Source of the DNA: Gammaproteobacteria bacterium | GTDB lineage: Bacteria; Pseudomonadota; Gammaproteobacteria; JBCCGL01 | NCBI GenBank assembly: GCA_965277715.1 | Contig: OZ255836.1 | Coordinates: 1,312,001 to 1,376,000 of the forward strand | Direction: 5' to 3' | DNA length: 64,000 nucleotides | In this document: positions 23,686 through 34,258 of the stretch, piece after piece | Layout of the letters: the number at the start of each line of letters is the position of its first letter | Numbering within the stretch: position 1 is the first letter of the stretch | Position numbers and translations under genes: made by a program | Notes under the pieces: model-generated | What the model was told of the DNA's origin: nothing | What the model saw: only the letters and a program-made list of their open reading frames with translations | The model's database searches: none

Positions 23686-24576
23686 CTAGCCAAATACCCC
23701 TGTAGATAAGTAACGGTCACCTCTATCACATACGATTGAAACAATTGTGGCATTTTCAACCTCACTGGCCACCCTTATCGCAGCAGCAACCGCCCCTCCC
23801 GAGGATATACCACAAAATATACCCTCATCATGGGCCATGCGCCTGGCAAACAACTCTGCTTCACCTTGGTTAACGTCAATTATTTGATCAATATGCTGCG
23901 GTTGGTATATTTTGGGGAGGTATTGCTGAGGCCAGCGACGTATGCCAGGAATATTGGCATATTGATCAGGCTGAACACCAATGATCCTGACATCAGGGTT
24001 TTGCTCCTTCAAATACCTACCGGTCCCCATAATCGTTCCGGTCGTTCCCATAGCACTGACAAAATGCGTAACACCACCGTTACTCGCCCGCCAAATTTCA
24101 GGGCCGGTATGCAGGTAGTGCGCAGCAGGATTATCCGGATTGCTAAACTGATCGAGCACATAACCCTCACCCCGGTGTTGCATTTTTAATGCTAAGTCTC
24201 GCGCATATTCCATGCCCTCTTCACGTGAAACCAGTACTATATCTGCACCAAATGTGCGCATCACATGGGCTCTCTCTTCGCTCATATTCTCCGGCATAAT
24301 CAAACGCATACGGTAGCCTCTGATAGCGGCAACCATTGCCAGAGCAATGCCCGTATTACCACTGGTTGCCTCAATCAGACGATCACCGGGGGCAATATCC
24401 CCTCGGCTTTCCGCCTGAACAATCATATTGAGGGCGGGCCTGTCTTTAACCGAACCAGCAGGGTTATTACCTTCCAGCTTAACGAAAACACTATTACCTC
24501 TATCACTATCAACCAATCGCTGCAACTGAACCAATGGTGTATTGCCGATGATGCGATCCAGAGTGGAAATAGTCAT
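23686..24576 (-). CDS. cysM: Cysteine synthase B
   Basis: KLEGNNPAGSVKDR, EATSGNTG, MGTTGT, IPGIRRWP, CDRGDRYLSTGVF. Confidence 0.96.
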   Translation of the reverse strand: MTISTLDRIIGNTPLVQLQRLVDSDRGNSVFVKLEGNNPAGSVKDRPALNMIVQAESRGDIAPGDRLIEATSGNTGIALAMVAAIRGYRMRLIMPENMSEERAHVMRTFGADIVLVSREEGMEYARDLALKMQHRGEGYVLDQFSNPDNPAAHYLHTGPEIWRASNGGVTHFVSAMGTTGTIMGTGRYLKEQNPDVRIIGVQPDQYANIPGIRRWPQQYLPKIYQPQHIDQIIDVNQGEAELFARRMAHDEGIFCGISSGGAVAAAIRVASEVENATIVSIVCDRGDRYLSTGVFG

Positions 24577-24893
24577 GATTGCCTGCTCTATTCATATATA
24601 TGAGTAATGAAAATAATTATCACACTGCCTGTTTTTTTCGCCAATATCAAAATAGAAAAAGCTTATGCCGTTTAGAACACGGCGATAAAGCGTATTTTAC
24701 TTGCTATTAACGGCAGACTACACAGCACCCCTTGGCGTCAAGCCCAGGTTATGTTACTTTTACAGGAGCAGATCTAAAGTTCAAATAAATTCTGCAACGA
24801 CTGTTGGCATGCTTGACAAACAGGTGATCAGACCTGACTCAAGACTATGTTGACACCTCAACTTAATAAAATGATGATTGGAGAGAGTTCCTG

Positions 24894-25919
24894 ATGAAAC
24901 TTTTCAAAACGCTTGCTGTATCCGCAGCAGTTGCAACGCTTGCTTCGACAAGTGTTGTCAACGCGGGTACGCTGGAAGATGTACAAAAACGCGGTGAGCT
25001 AAACTGTATCGTTACAACAGGTGTTGCCGGTTTTGGCGCACCCGATGATAACGGTCGCTGGCAGGGCTTTGACATTGACTTTTGCCGTGCTACCGCCGCT
25101 GCCGTACTCGGTGATCCAAACAAAGTCAAATTTGTACCCACCACCGGTAAAACCCGTTTCACCTCTTTAAACTCTGGCGAGGGTGACGTGTTATACCGTA
25201 ACACCACTATTACCATGAGCCGTGATGCCGATTTGAAACTTACTTTCCTGGGTGTCAATTACTATGATGGTCAAGGTTTCATGGTACCTAAAGCCTTGGG
25301 TGTATCCTCGGCTACAGAGCTGGATGGTGCGTCTATCTGTATCCAAACAGGTACAACAACCGAACTCAACCTGGCTGATTTCTTCCGTGCCAATCAAATG
25401 AGCTATGAGCCTGTGCCAATCGAAACCAATGATGAAGCACAAACCAACTACACCGCTGGCCGTTGCGATGTATTTACTACTGACGCCTCTGGCCTAGCTG
25501 CTACTCGCAGTACATTTAATGACCCCAGTGCGCATGTTGTTCTCCCCGAAATCATCTCCAAAGAACCGCTTGGCCCCGCAGTGCGCCATGGCGATGATCA
25601 ATGGGCTGATGTCGTTCGCTGGGTATTGAACGCTATTATTGCCGCTGAAGAACTGGGCATTACCCAGGCAAATATTGCCGATCACATGAAAGCTGCTGGC
25701 GACAACCCTTCGATTAACCGTATTGCCGGTACTGAAGGTGATTTTGGCGCCATGATTGGCCTCGACAAGCAGTGGGCTGCCCGGGCGATTTCGGCCGTGG
25801 GTAACTACGGCGAAATATTTGAGCGCAATATCGGTTCAGCTACACCACTCGGCCTCTCTCGCGGCCTTAACGCACAATGGACTGACGGCGGTTTGTTGTA
25901 CGCTCCACCTATTCGCTAA
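24894..25919 (+). CDS. aapJ: General L-amino acid ABC transporter substrate-binding protein
   Basis: Signal peptide; YYDGQGFMV, TGTTTELN, ISKEPLGPAVR, GNYGEIFERN. Confidence 0.9.
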   Translation: MKLFKTLAVSAAVATLASTSVVNAGTLEDVQKRGELNCIVTTGVAGFGAPDDNGRWQGFDIDFCRATAAAVLGDPNKVKFVPTTGKTRFTSLNSGEGDVLYRNTTITMSRDADLKLTFLGVNYYDGQGFMVPKALGVSSATELDGASICIQTGTTTELNLADFFRANQMSYEPVPIETNDEAQTNYTAGRCDVFTTDASGLAATRSTFNDPSAHVVLPEIISKEPLGPAVRHGDDQWADVVRWVLNAIIAAEELGITQANIADHMKAAGDNPSINRIAGTEGDFGAMIGLDKQWAARAISAVGNYGEIFERNIGSATPLGLSRGLNAQWTDGGLLYAPPIR

Positions 25920-25933
25920 TCACTGTAGCGATA

Positions 25934-25961
25934 AAAACGGCGATCAACTGATCGCCGTTTT
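25934..25961 (+). terminator. Stem-loop after aapJ (terminator or mRNA stabiliser)
   Basis: AAAACGGCGATCA-ac-TGATCGCCGTTTT. Confidence 0.75.
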
Positions 25962-26017
25962 GCCATATAGCTTTTATAACTACAATCGCCCAAGTAATTG
26001 AGCCAGCCTAACGATAT

Positions 26018-27208
26018 ATGCTAATTATGGATACAACAACCAAACCATCATTTCTGTACCGCATGTGGAACGACAAAGAAACGCGTTCAACAATGATACA
26101 GATTATTACTATAGCTCTGCTGTTTACCTTTGTTTTTTACATTGTACGTAATGCTGTGATCAACCTCGAACTGATCGGCAAGGGCTACAGCTTCAGCTTT
26201 CTGTCTGACCCAGCTAGCTACGATATAAGCCAAACATTAATAGAATACGATTCGCGTAGCTCTCACCTTCGCGCCACCTACGTAGGTATCCTCAATACTC
26301 TACTGGTCGCCTTCTGCGGCATTATTCTTGCCACAATTGTTGGATTCACATTGGGTGTAATGCGCCTCTCCAAAAACTGGCTAATCAACCGGGTAGTGTA
26401 TTTTTACATCGAGTACGTTCGCAATGTACCTGTGTTGCTACACATACTCCTGGTATATGGCATTATCGTCAATACCTTGCCTGTACCCAAACAAGCCATT
26501 GGTATAGAAGAAACATTTTTTCTTACCAACAGAGGGTTTTATACACCAAAACCAGTGTTTGAAGCGGGTATGTGGGCGGTTTTAATTGCCTTTATCTGCG
26601 CGATTGCATTTTCCTGGTGGTTTAAGCGTTACGCGAAAAAAACCCAGGACGCCACCGGGAAAATTTATCCGGTTCTCTGGGCCAGTGTAGCCACCATCAT
26701 AGGTTTGCCCGTGCTGGTCTATTTACTGGCAGGTGCCCCTTTGACGTGGGAAATCCCTGTACTAACAGGATTTAATTTCAAAGGCGGGTTGGTGCTAAGG
26801 CCCGAATTTTTAGCATTATGGCTGGCGCTATCGCTCTATACCGCTGCGTTTATCGCTGAAATTGTTCGCGCCGGTATTCAGGCGATAAGTCACGGCCAGA
26901 CAGAGGCAGCATTCGCGTTGGGAGTAAAACCTAACAGAACGATGCAGCTTATTATTATCCCACAGGCACTGCGCGTCATTATCCCACCGCTCTCCAGTCA
27001 ATACCTCAATATCACAAAAAACTCATCGCTTGCGCTGGCAATAGGGTACGCGGATATCGTCGCCACCATTGGCGGTATATCCCTGAATCAAACGGGTAGA
27101 GAAATGGAGTGTATGACAATTGTGCTGGGGCTTTATTTGATGTTCTCATTGGCAATTTCAACACTGATGAACTGGTACAACAAGAAAATGAAACTGGTGG
27201 AGCGTTAA
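26018..27208 (+). CDS. aapQ: Amino acid ABC transporter permease
   Basis: GILNTL, RNVPVLL, AFIAEIVRAGIQAISHGQTEAA (EAA motif). Confidence 0.9.
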   Translation: MLIMDTTTKPSFLYRMWNDKETRSTMIQIITIALLFTFVFYIVRNAVINLELIGKGYSFSFLSDPASYDISQTLIEYDSRSSHLRATYVGILNTLLVAFCGIILATIVGFTLGVMRLSKNWLINRVVYFYIEYVRNVPVLLHILLVYGIIVNTLPVPKQAIGIEETFFLTNRGFYTPKPVFEAGMWAVLIAFICAIAFSWWFKRYAKKTQDATGKIYPVLWASVATIIGLPVLVYLLAGAPLTWEIPVLTGFNFKGGLVLRPEFLALWLALSLYTAAFIAEIVRAGIQAISHGQTEAAFALGVKPNRTMQLIIIPQALRVIIPPLSSQYLNITKNSSLALAIGYADIVATIGGISLNQTGREMECMTIVLGLYLMFSLAISTLMNWYNKKMKLVER

Positions 27209-27211
27209 AGA

Positions 27212-28318
27212 ATGAATACCAAACAAGTATACGCACCGGGTACACACCCCAGTCTTGAGCCTCCCGCTAATACAGTAGGAACTATTGCCTGGCTACGGAA
27301 CAATCTATTTTCGTCATATACCAACATAGCCATGACTCTATTGATGGCATATATACTGTATCTGACCCTGCCTGCAATGATTAACTGGCTATTTATCGAT
27401 GCTGCTTACACAGGCACTTCACGCTTAGAATGCCGGGAAATAGCCGCTGGTGCGTGCTGGGCATTTATTGGCCATCGTTTTGAATTGTTCGTATATGGCT
27501 TTTACCCAGAGATGGAACGCTGGCGCGTTAACCTCTCCTTTTTGTTAATGTTATTTGCCTTTTGGCCCGTTTTGTTTGATAACGCCCCACACCGCAAACG
27601 CCTGCTCTGCGTTTCATTAGTATCCCCTGTCATTATCGGGTGGTTGTTGATTGGTGGATTGGGACTTGAACCCGTGCCAACAAATTTATTTGGCGGTTTT
27701 ATGCTGACACTGGTTATTGGTGTAACAGGTATCATTTTTTCCCTGCCCATCGGTATTATTCTGGCACTGGGCCGTCAATCCAATATGCCGGCAATACGCA
27801 TTATCTGTGTCTCCTTTATCGAGTTTATTCGTGGCGTCCCTTTAATTACTTTGCTATTTGTAGCGTCAACAATGCTCAATTATTTTTTGCCACCAGGCAC
27901 CTCGTTCGATTTATTACTGCGTGTGCTTATCATGGTTACCTTGTTTTCATCCGCGTATATCGCAGAAGTGGTGCGCGGTGGCTTGCAGGCAATACCAAAA
28001 GGTCAGACAGAAGCGGCGGATGCGCTGGGTTTAAAGTACTGGCAATCGATGCGCTTAATTGTGTTACCCCAGGCATTAAAAATATCTATCCCTGGCATCG
28101 TAAACACATTTATTGGTCTCTATAAAGATAGCACACTGGTTATCGTTATCGGCCTACTTGATCCATTAGGTATTGGTCGTGCATCATTAGCTGACGCAAA
28201 GTGGCAGGGCTTATCTTCAGAAGTGTATATTTTTGTCGCTATTTTCTTCTTTATCTCCTGCATTAGCATGGCGAGATACTCGCTCTACCTGGAAAAGAAA
28301 CTGCATACCGGGCACTAA
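27212..28318 (+). CDS. aapM: Amino acid ABC transporter permease
   Basis: IEFIRGVPLITLLF, AEVVRGGLQAIPKGQTEAA. Confidence 0.9.
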   Translation: MNTKQVYAPGTHPSLEPPANTVGTIAWLRNNLFSSYTNIAMTLLMAYILYLTLPAMINWLFIDAAYTGTSRLECREIAAGACWAFIGHRFELFVYGFYPEMERWRVNLSFLLMLFAFWPVLFDNAPHRKRLLCVSLVSPVIIGWLLIGGLGLEPVPTNLFGGFMLTLVIGVTGIIFSLPIGIILALGRQSNMPAIRIICVSFIEFIRGVPLITLLFVASTMLNYFLPPGTSFDLLLRVLIMVTLFSSAYIAEVVRGGLQAIPKGQTEAADALGLKYWQSMRLIVLPQALKISIPGIVNTFIGLYKDSTLVIVIGLLDPLGIGRASLADAKWQGLSSEVYIFVAIFFFISCISMARYSLYLEKKLHTGH

Positions 28319-28351
28319 AATTAGAAATAAATAACTTATCGGGTTAAAAAT

Positions 28352-29131
28352 ATGAATACATCAACAGCACAGATGAATAACGCCGAAATACCCAGCGAAA
28401 CGGTTATTCAGATAAAGGAAATGCACAAATGGTACGGTTCCTTCCATGTCTTAAAGAATATTAACCTGGAGGTTAGCCAGGGCGAGCGAATTGTTATCTG
28501 TGGCCCATCGGGTTCTGGCAAATCGACAATGATTCGCTGTATTAATCGACTTGAAGAGCACCAGCAAGGTCATATTATTGTCGATAATGTTGAACTGACC
28601 AATGATTTAAAAAATATCGATGCAATACGCCGTGAAGTGGGCATGGTTTTTCAGCACTTTAATTTATTTCCTCATTTAACTGTCTTAGAAAACTGTGCCC
28701 TGGCGCCGATATGGGTCAAGCAAATGCCGCGTAAGGACGCGGAAGAAATTTCCATGAAGTTTCTTGAACGGGTAAAAATCCCAGACCAGGCAAATAAATT
28801 TCCCGGTCAGTTATCCGGTGGTCAGCAACAACGTGTGGCGATTGCACGTTCACTGTGTATGAGTCCAAAGATCATGCTATTTGACGAACCAACCTCGGCA
28901 CTGGACCCTGAAATGATTAAAGAGGTGCTGGATGTAATGGTCGAATTAGCTGAAGAAGGCATGACCATGTTATGTGTTACCCATGAAATGGGCTTTGCCA
29001 AAACAGTGGCCAATCGGGTGATTTTTATGGATTTTGGTGAAGTTATCGAAGAAAATGAGCCGAATGAATTCTTTGATAATCCTCAGCATGAAAGAACCCA
29101 GCTATTTCTCAGCCAGATCCTGGCACATTAG
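28352..29131 (+). CDS. aapP: Amino acid ABC transporter ATP-binding protein
   Basis: [27 protein letters not shown]. Confidence 0.93.
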   Translation: MNTSTAQMNNAEIPSETVIQIKEMHKWYGSFHVLKNINLEVSQGERIVICGPSGSGKSTMIRCINRLEEHQQGHIIVDNVELTNDLKNIDAIRREVGMVFQHFNLFPHLTVLENCALAPIWVKQMPRKDAEEISMKFLERVKIPDQANKFPGQLSGGQQQRVAIARSLCMSPKIMLFDEPTSALDPEMIKEVLDVMVELAEEGMTMLCVTHEMGFAKTVANRVIFMDFGEVIEENEPNEFFDNPQHERTQLFLSQILAH

Positions 29132-29191
29132 CGTCCAGGATCAATTTTCATTCAGACGCATTATTGTGAGTTGAAGTTGAAGAATTCAACG

Positions 29192-29250
29192 CTTTATACC
29201 TCTATATTGTGCCAAGCGATGTTAGCTTGGCACAATATAGAGGTATAAAG
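29192..29250. repeat. Perfect 26-bp inverted repeat between convergent aapP and miaA
   Basis: CTTTATACCTCTATATTGTGCCAAGC-gatgtta-GCTTGGCACAATATAGAGGTATAAAG. Confidence 0.9.
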
Positions 29251-29321
29251 AAACTTATTATATCTTTATTCTGACAATCAGGTCAGATGCTTGCAAATAC
29301 TCCATCGGCCCGCATATCTTC

Positions 29322-30275
29322 TTAAATGTTCTCAACCAATGAAAAGATAGCCGATAAAGATTGTGGGTTACTATCAACCCACACTAGGTTATCCATCCCC
29401 CGTAGCCATGTAAGTTGTCGTTTTGCCAATTGACGGGTAGCAATAATCCCTTTTTCCAGCATCGTTTCTTTCGGGTACTCACCTTCTAAATAGTGCCACA
29501 CTTGTCGGTAACCAACACATCGCATTGAAGGCAGTGCACTGTTTAACCCCGGAAACCGTGACCTAAGCATTTCCACCTCCTCTACAAACCCCGACGCGAT
29601 CATAGACTTGAAACGCGCTTCGATGCGTCGGTGCAATACTGATCGATCATCGCATGTAACACACAATTTCAGATTAACCGGTGGCAGTGGATTGAAAACA
29701 GGGCGTTTATGATGACCACTCATATTAATACCACTGATACGCCACACTTCCAAGGCTCTAAGAATACGTTGAGGATCGTTTTTATGAATGCGTGCCGCTG
29801 CTTCAGGATCAATCAGTGAAAGGGACTGATGCATGGCATCAAGCCCATAATCATTTAGTTCCTGCTCTAATATACCGCGCACCACAGAATCAGATTCCGG
29901 TAATAGCGAAAGCCCTTTTTCCAATGCGTTAAAGTACAACATGGTACCGCCCACCAGAAGTGGCGTCTTCCCTCGACCTCTTATTTGTTTAACCAGCCGC
30001 AAAGTATCCTGGCAAAAGCTGGCAACGGAATACGTTGCCAATGGGTCGATAATATCAACCAGGTGATGTGGGCACTCCGCCAGTATACGGGCATCGGGTT
30101 TTGCCGTACCAATATTCATACCGCGATAGATTAACGCCGAATCAACGCTGATAATTTCACAATCAAAACGGCGGGCAATTTCAAGTGACAGAGCTGTTTT
30201 ACCCGCAGCTGTTGGCCCCATCAGGCAAATAAGTGGTGCTTCTACTGTCACTGCCGGGTGTCTTTGTTTACTCAA
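29322..30275 (-). CDS. miaA: tRNA dimethylallyltransferase
   Basis: GPTAAGKT, SVDSALIYRGMNIGTAKP, VGGTMLY, TRQLAKRQLTW. Confidence 0.97.
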   Translation of the reverse strand: MSKQRHPAVTVEAPLICLMGPTAAGKTALSLEIARRFDCEIISVDSALIYRGMNIGTAKPDARILAECPHHLVDIIDPLATYSVASFCQDTLRLVKQIRGRGKTPLLVGGTMLYFNALEKGLSLLPESDSVVRGILEQELNDYGLDAMHQSLSLIDPEAAARIHKNDPQRILRALEVWRISGINMSGHHKRPVFNPLPPVNLKLCVTCDDRSVLHRRIEARFKSMIASGFVEEVEMLRSRFPGLNSALPSMRCVGYRQVWHYLEGEYPKETMLEKGIIATRQLAKRQLTWLRGMDNLVWVDSNPQSLSAIFSLVENI

Positions 30276-32098
30276 CGACCGCGTAGAAACAGTTTATCCA
30301 GCTGCTCGATTGACAGTTCAATATAGGTTGGCCGACCGTGATTACATTGCCCACTGCGTTCAGTTGATTCCATATCACGCAACAGGGCGTTCATTTCAGG
30401 CAGGGTCAGCTGGCGGTTGGCACGCACAGAACCGTGGCACGCCATTGTCGACAGAATATCATTGATACTGTCGCGCAGACGCTTGCTATAACCCAACTCG
30501 GCGAGATCAGAAATAACATCCTGCACCAATTGGGTTATATTCGCTTGCGCAAGGATGGTGGGCACCTGACGCACCAAAATACTCTCAGGGCCATTTCTAT
30601 CGATTTCAAAACCCAGCTCGGTAAATGCTTCTGAATGTGTTTCAGATAAGTCCGCCTGCTGTCGGCTCACCGATACACTAATAGGCAATAATAACGGTTG
30701 CGATCTGAGTTTATTATTTTCATCCCAAGCGGTTTTCAGCCGCTCATAACTGATGCGTTCATGTGCCGCATGCATATCGACAAGGATCAGCCCTGCCTGG
30801 TTTTGTGCCAGGATATAGATACCGTGCAACTGTGCCATGGCAAAGCCCATTGGTGGTGTTTCACTGTCTGTATTTAACCACTCAGGATTCGATGTATTAA
30901 TACCGGACAACAAGCTCGCATAGCTTGCCTGTGTATTGCCGACCGACAGTGGGAAACGCGATTGTTGCGTCGGTGCATAGCCTGTCATTTTCCCCGCACT
31001 ATCCGACGTTCGCATGGTGTACTCGGGAGGAGGTATAGTTGAAATACCTGAATGCTCAGTACCCTGCTCTGCGCTTGGCTCATTATTTCCACTGACACCT
31101 GGCCCCATCGCCGCAATCGCATCGTGCACGGTACGGTAAATAAATTCATGGATCTGGCGGCTATCACGAAAGCGTACTTCGTGTTTACCTGGGTGCACAT
31201 TAACATCAACCAATGATGGTTCCATGGTTAAAAACAGCACGAATGCTGGAAACCGGTTGTGATACAACACATCGCTATACGCCTGTTTAATGGCGTGTGT
31301 GATCACCTTATCTTTTATCGAACGGCGATTGATGTAGAAGTACTGCAAATCTGCCTGGCTACGTGAAAAGGTAGGCTGTGCAATCCAACCACTGAGCTCC
31401 AGACCCATCGCACTATGTTCAATATAGTAGGCATTATCGACAAATTCTTTACCGCATATATCGCGCAAGCGCAATTCACCCTTTTGTAAACACGGCACCG
31501 CACTCCAACGAAAGCGTGGCTTACCATTTTGTTGCATGTCAAAACTGACATCAAAATGGCTAAGTGCCATATTTTTAACCAGTTTTTCAACATGCCCTGC
31601 TTCCGTTTTTTCAGCGCGCAGGAATTTTCGCCTGGCAGGTACATTGAAAAACAAATCGCATACTTCCACCCGTGTACCTTTGGTGAGTGGAGCCGGTTGG
31701 CATTCACCAATAACGCCTTGATCGACGCTCACCGACCAGGCTGTTTCTTCATCAGCATACCGCGAGGTTAAGGTCAGTTTTGAAACAGAGGCAATACTGG
31801 GCAGCGCCTCTCCCCTGAAGCCCAGGCTGTTTATGGTCGTTAAGTCATCGAGATTTTGGATTTTACTGGTGGCATGTCGATGCAATGCCAGGGGGAGTTG
31901 AGCCGATGAAATACCTATGCCATCGTCGGTAATACGAATAAGTCGAATACCGCCCCCTTCAACATCAATTTTTATGTGTTTTGCCTGTGCATCGAGACTA
32001 TTTTCGATCAGTTCCTTGGCGACGGCACCAGGGCGCTCAATCACCTCGCCGGCGGCAATTTGATTGATTAGTTGGTCGGGAAGCAGCTGGATAGGCAT
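30272..32098 (-). CDS. mutL: DNA mismatch repair endonuclease MutL
   Basis: NQIAAGEVIERP, GFRGEAL, DMHAAHERISYE, CNHGRP (endonuclease-type, MutH-independent). Confidence 0.98.
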   Translation of the reverse strand: MPIQLLPDQLINQIAAGEVIERPGAVAKELIENSLDAQAKHIKIDVEGGGIRLIRITDDGIGISSAQLPLALHRHATSKIQNLDDLTTINSLGFRGEALPSIASVSKLTLTSRYADEETAWSVSVDQGVIGECQPAPLTKGTRVEVCDLFFNVPARRKFLRAEKTEAGHVEKLVKNMALSHFDVSFDMQQNGKPRFRWSAVPCLQKGELRLRDICGKEFVDNAYYIEHSAMGLELSGWIAQPTFSRSQADLQYFYINRRSIKDKVITHAIKQAYSDVLYHNRFPAFVLFLTMEPSLVDVNVHPGKHEVRFRDSRQIHEFIYRTVHDAIAAMGPGVSGNNEPSAEQGTEHSGISTIPPPEYTMRTSDSAGKMTGYAPTQQSRFPLSVGNTQASYASLLSGINTSNPEWLNTDSETPPMGFAMAQLHGIYILAQNQAGLILVDMHAAHERISYERLKTAWDENNKLRSQPLLLPISVSVSRQQADLSETHSEAFTELGFEIDRNGPESILVRQVPTILAQANITQLVQDVISDLAELGYSKRLRDSINDILSTMACHGSVRANRQLTLPEMNALLRDMESTERSGQCNHGRPTYIELSIEQLDKLFLRGR

Positions 32099-32279
32099 AT
32101 GGTGATTTTACCTTAAGAAACACGGTTCCATCACTGTATTTAGCCTGGCTTAGGGAGTGTGTAAGGAATTGTGAGGGTTCGCTCGTGATGTTTGGGGGTT
32201 TTCTTTACACTTTACAGAACTAAGCTAACGCTCCCCGGTAACTGCCCCTGTGTTGCTCTATACCCTGTATCCCTAGTCG

Positions 32280-32362
32280 TCGGCAATTGCTCCTCATTGC
32301 GACTTGCCAGTGCATGGCATGGCTCAATGCCAATCTCACTCAGGTAATTAGAACGCTCCTAA
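32280..32362 (-). repeat. Diverged relative of the left half of the 16455-16618 MITE (element may extend to about 32150)
   Basis: Minus strand TTAGGAGCGTTCTAATTACCTGAGTGAGATTGGCATTGAGCCATGCCATGCACTGGCAAGTCGCAATGAGGAGCAATTGCC aligns with 16454-16535. Confidence 0.65.
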
Positions 32363-32414
32363 TTTAGGCTCACGGATATCAACAACAGAGGCGCAAGCCT
32401 TACGCCACTAATAA

Positions 32415-33671
32415 TTAACCAACGTTTATTTTGCTTTTGCCCGATAAAATCGTGCCAGGTGGTGCTTGTTTTTTAAAGTACTGCCCGACACCTTTGGCTA
32501 TCGCCTTGGCGAGTTTCTCCTGGTAACTTTTGGTGCGCAGTTTTTTTTCTTCGCTAGGATTCGATATAAAGGCTATTTCTATCAGAATGGATGGGATATC
32601 AGGCGACTTCAATACAGCAAATCCCGCCTGCTCAACTTTACGTTTATGCACTTTGCCTACTTTGCCAAGGTTTTTCAGCACAACTCTGCCTACATCGAGG
32701 CTGGATTGAATGGTCGCGCTCTGGGCAAGATCAAGCAGTATCTCGGCCACTACATCACTGCGATTGCGGATCGATACGCCACCAAATAAATCAGCGGCAT
32801 TTTCTTTATCTGCCAGCCACTGAGCCGCTTCAGACGTTGCACCACGATTCGATAATGAATAAACCGATGCACCACTGGCACGCGCATCGCGAAACGCATC
32901 GGCGTGTAATGAAATAAATAAATCGGCTTTGTTTTTTCGTGCAATGCGAATCCGCTCACGCAAGCTGACAAATACATCCCGGTTGCGGATGAGTACAGGC
33001 TTTATACCGTGTACTTTATCGAGTGACTTTTTCAAGCGCTTGGCCACAGCCAGCGTGATGTCTTTCTCACGTGTGCGACTACGCCCACTGGCACCAGGGT
33101 CTTTGCCGCCGTGCCCGGCATCGATAGCGACAACGACATCACGCAGTGGTTTGGTTTGTTTCGATTGCTTTGCTGCCGCCTCACCACCAGCTTTGCTGGC
33201 AAGCTGGGTTGCCTGATCAAACAGGTCGATAACCAATCGGTGCCCACTATTGCCATCGGGTGTTAACAGAAAACTCTTACTGGTAACTTTATCTTGTAAT
33301 TCGAGCACGATACGTAAATCGTTGCCATTCCTACGCGCACTGCGAATACTTTTAATCGGGCCGCCCTTTACCAGTTTAGGCAAACCACCCTTAAATGAAG
33401 CATCGTAGATATCAATGACAACCCGCTGTGGTTTGCTCAGGGTAAATAAGGAATGCTTAATCGAGTGGTCTATATCCAGTACCAAACGGGTTCTGGCGTC
33501 ATTGGTCGCTAAACGGATGGCATGAATTTTCGACTGACCAGCCGCATACGCTGCTGGCAATCCAGTTATAGCAGCCAGCCCCAATACCCTGGCGGATCCC
33601 CAGGCCAGGTAACGAAAAAAATCCCTTCTATTCACCAGTTTATTGGACAACTTCATCACGCGTTTACACAC
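32415..33671 (-). CDS. amiC: N-acetylmuramoyl-L-alanine amidase (AMIN + Amidase_3), Tat-exported
   Basis: NRRDFF twin-arginine motif, IDAGHGGKDPGA, SLHADA, PSILIEIAFISN; tsaE-ami-mutL-miaA order. Confidence 0.85.
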   Translation of the reverse strand: MCKRVMKLSNKLVNRRDFFRYLAWGSARVLGLAAITGLPAAYAAGQSKIHAIRLATNDARTRLVLDIDHSIKHSLFTLSKPQRVVIDIYDASFKGGLPKLVKGGPIKSIRSARRNGNDLRIVLELQDKVTSKSFLLTPDGNSGHRLVIDLFDQATQLASKAGGEAAAKQSKQTKPLRDVVVAIDAGHGGKDPGASGRSRTREKDITLAVAKRLKKSLDKVHGIKPVLIRNRDVFVSLRERIRIARKNKADLFISLHADAFRDARASGASVYSLSNRGATSEAAQWLADKENAADLFGGVSIRNRSDVVAEILLDLAQSATIQSSLDVGRVVLKNLGKVGKVHKRKVEQAGFAVLKSPDIPSILIEIAFISNPSEEKKLRTKSYQEKLAKAIAKGVGQYFKKQAPPGTILSGKSKINVG

Positions 33672-33767
33672 AACCTATTTACACCACTACAAAACTGTAG
33701 ACCTTATCGAAGAATATATCAACTATTTTCTATACAAAATAACAACATAGCGTATATAGTTAATGTG

Positions 33768-34214
33768 TTACATAGAATTTTTAACAACATCAATACATTG
33801 ATCAGACAAGCGCCCCGAAAAATGAACCCACCGGGCCTCACCGACATATTCAATAGTGACCTCCAAATCCGGGTCAGACAGTACACCCGCCCCCTTGTCC
33901 GGCCATTCGACAAAGCAAATGGACTCGTCAGAGAGGTAATCCCTTATACCTAAAAACTCCAGCTCCTCCGGGTCGGCAAGCCGGTATAGATCAAAGTGGT
34001 GGTATACCACCTCATTGATAGAGTAGCTTTCGACCAAGGTATAAGTGGGGCTTTTAACCGCCTGCTGCCATCCTAGCCCCCGCAAAATACCCCGCACCAA
34101 TGTGGTTTTACCCGCCCCCAGGTCACCGTGTAAAAAAATAAGCACTGGAGCAAAAAACTGAGCACCCAGTAACGCCCCCAGCCGTTCCATCACCGTACAG
34201 TTGGGAATTCTCAT
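33768..34214 (-). CDS. tsaE: tRNA t6A biosynthesis ATPase TsaE
   Basis: GDLGAGKTT, VKSPTYTLVESY, HFDLYRL, VEWP. Confidence 0.96.
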   Translation of the reverse strand: MRIPNCTVMERLGALLGAQFFAPVLIFLHGDLGAGKTTLVRGILRGLGWQQAVKSPTYTLVESYSINEVVYHHFDLYRLADPEELEFLGIRDYLSDESICFVEWPDKGAGVLSDPDLEVTIEYVGEARWVHFSGRLSDQCIDVVKNSM

Positions 34215-34258
34215 GCCTACAAAATCAACAGATGCCTATATGGTTCAACACGGCCCAT

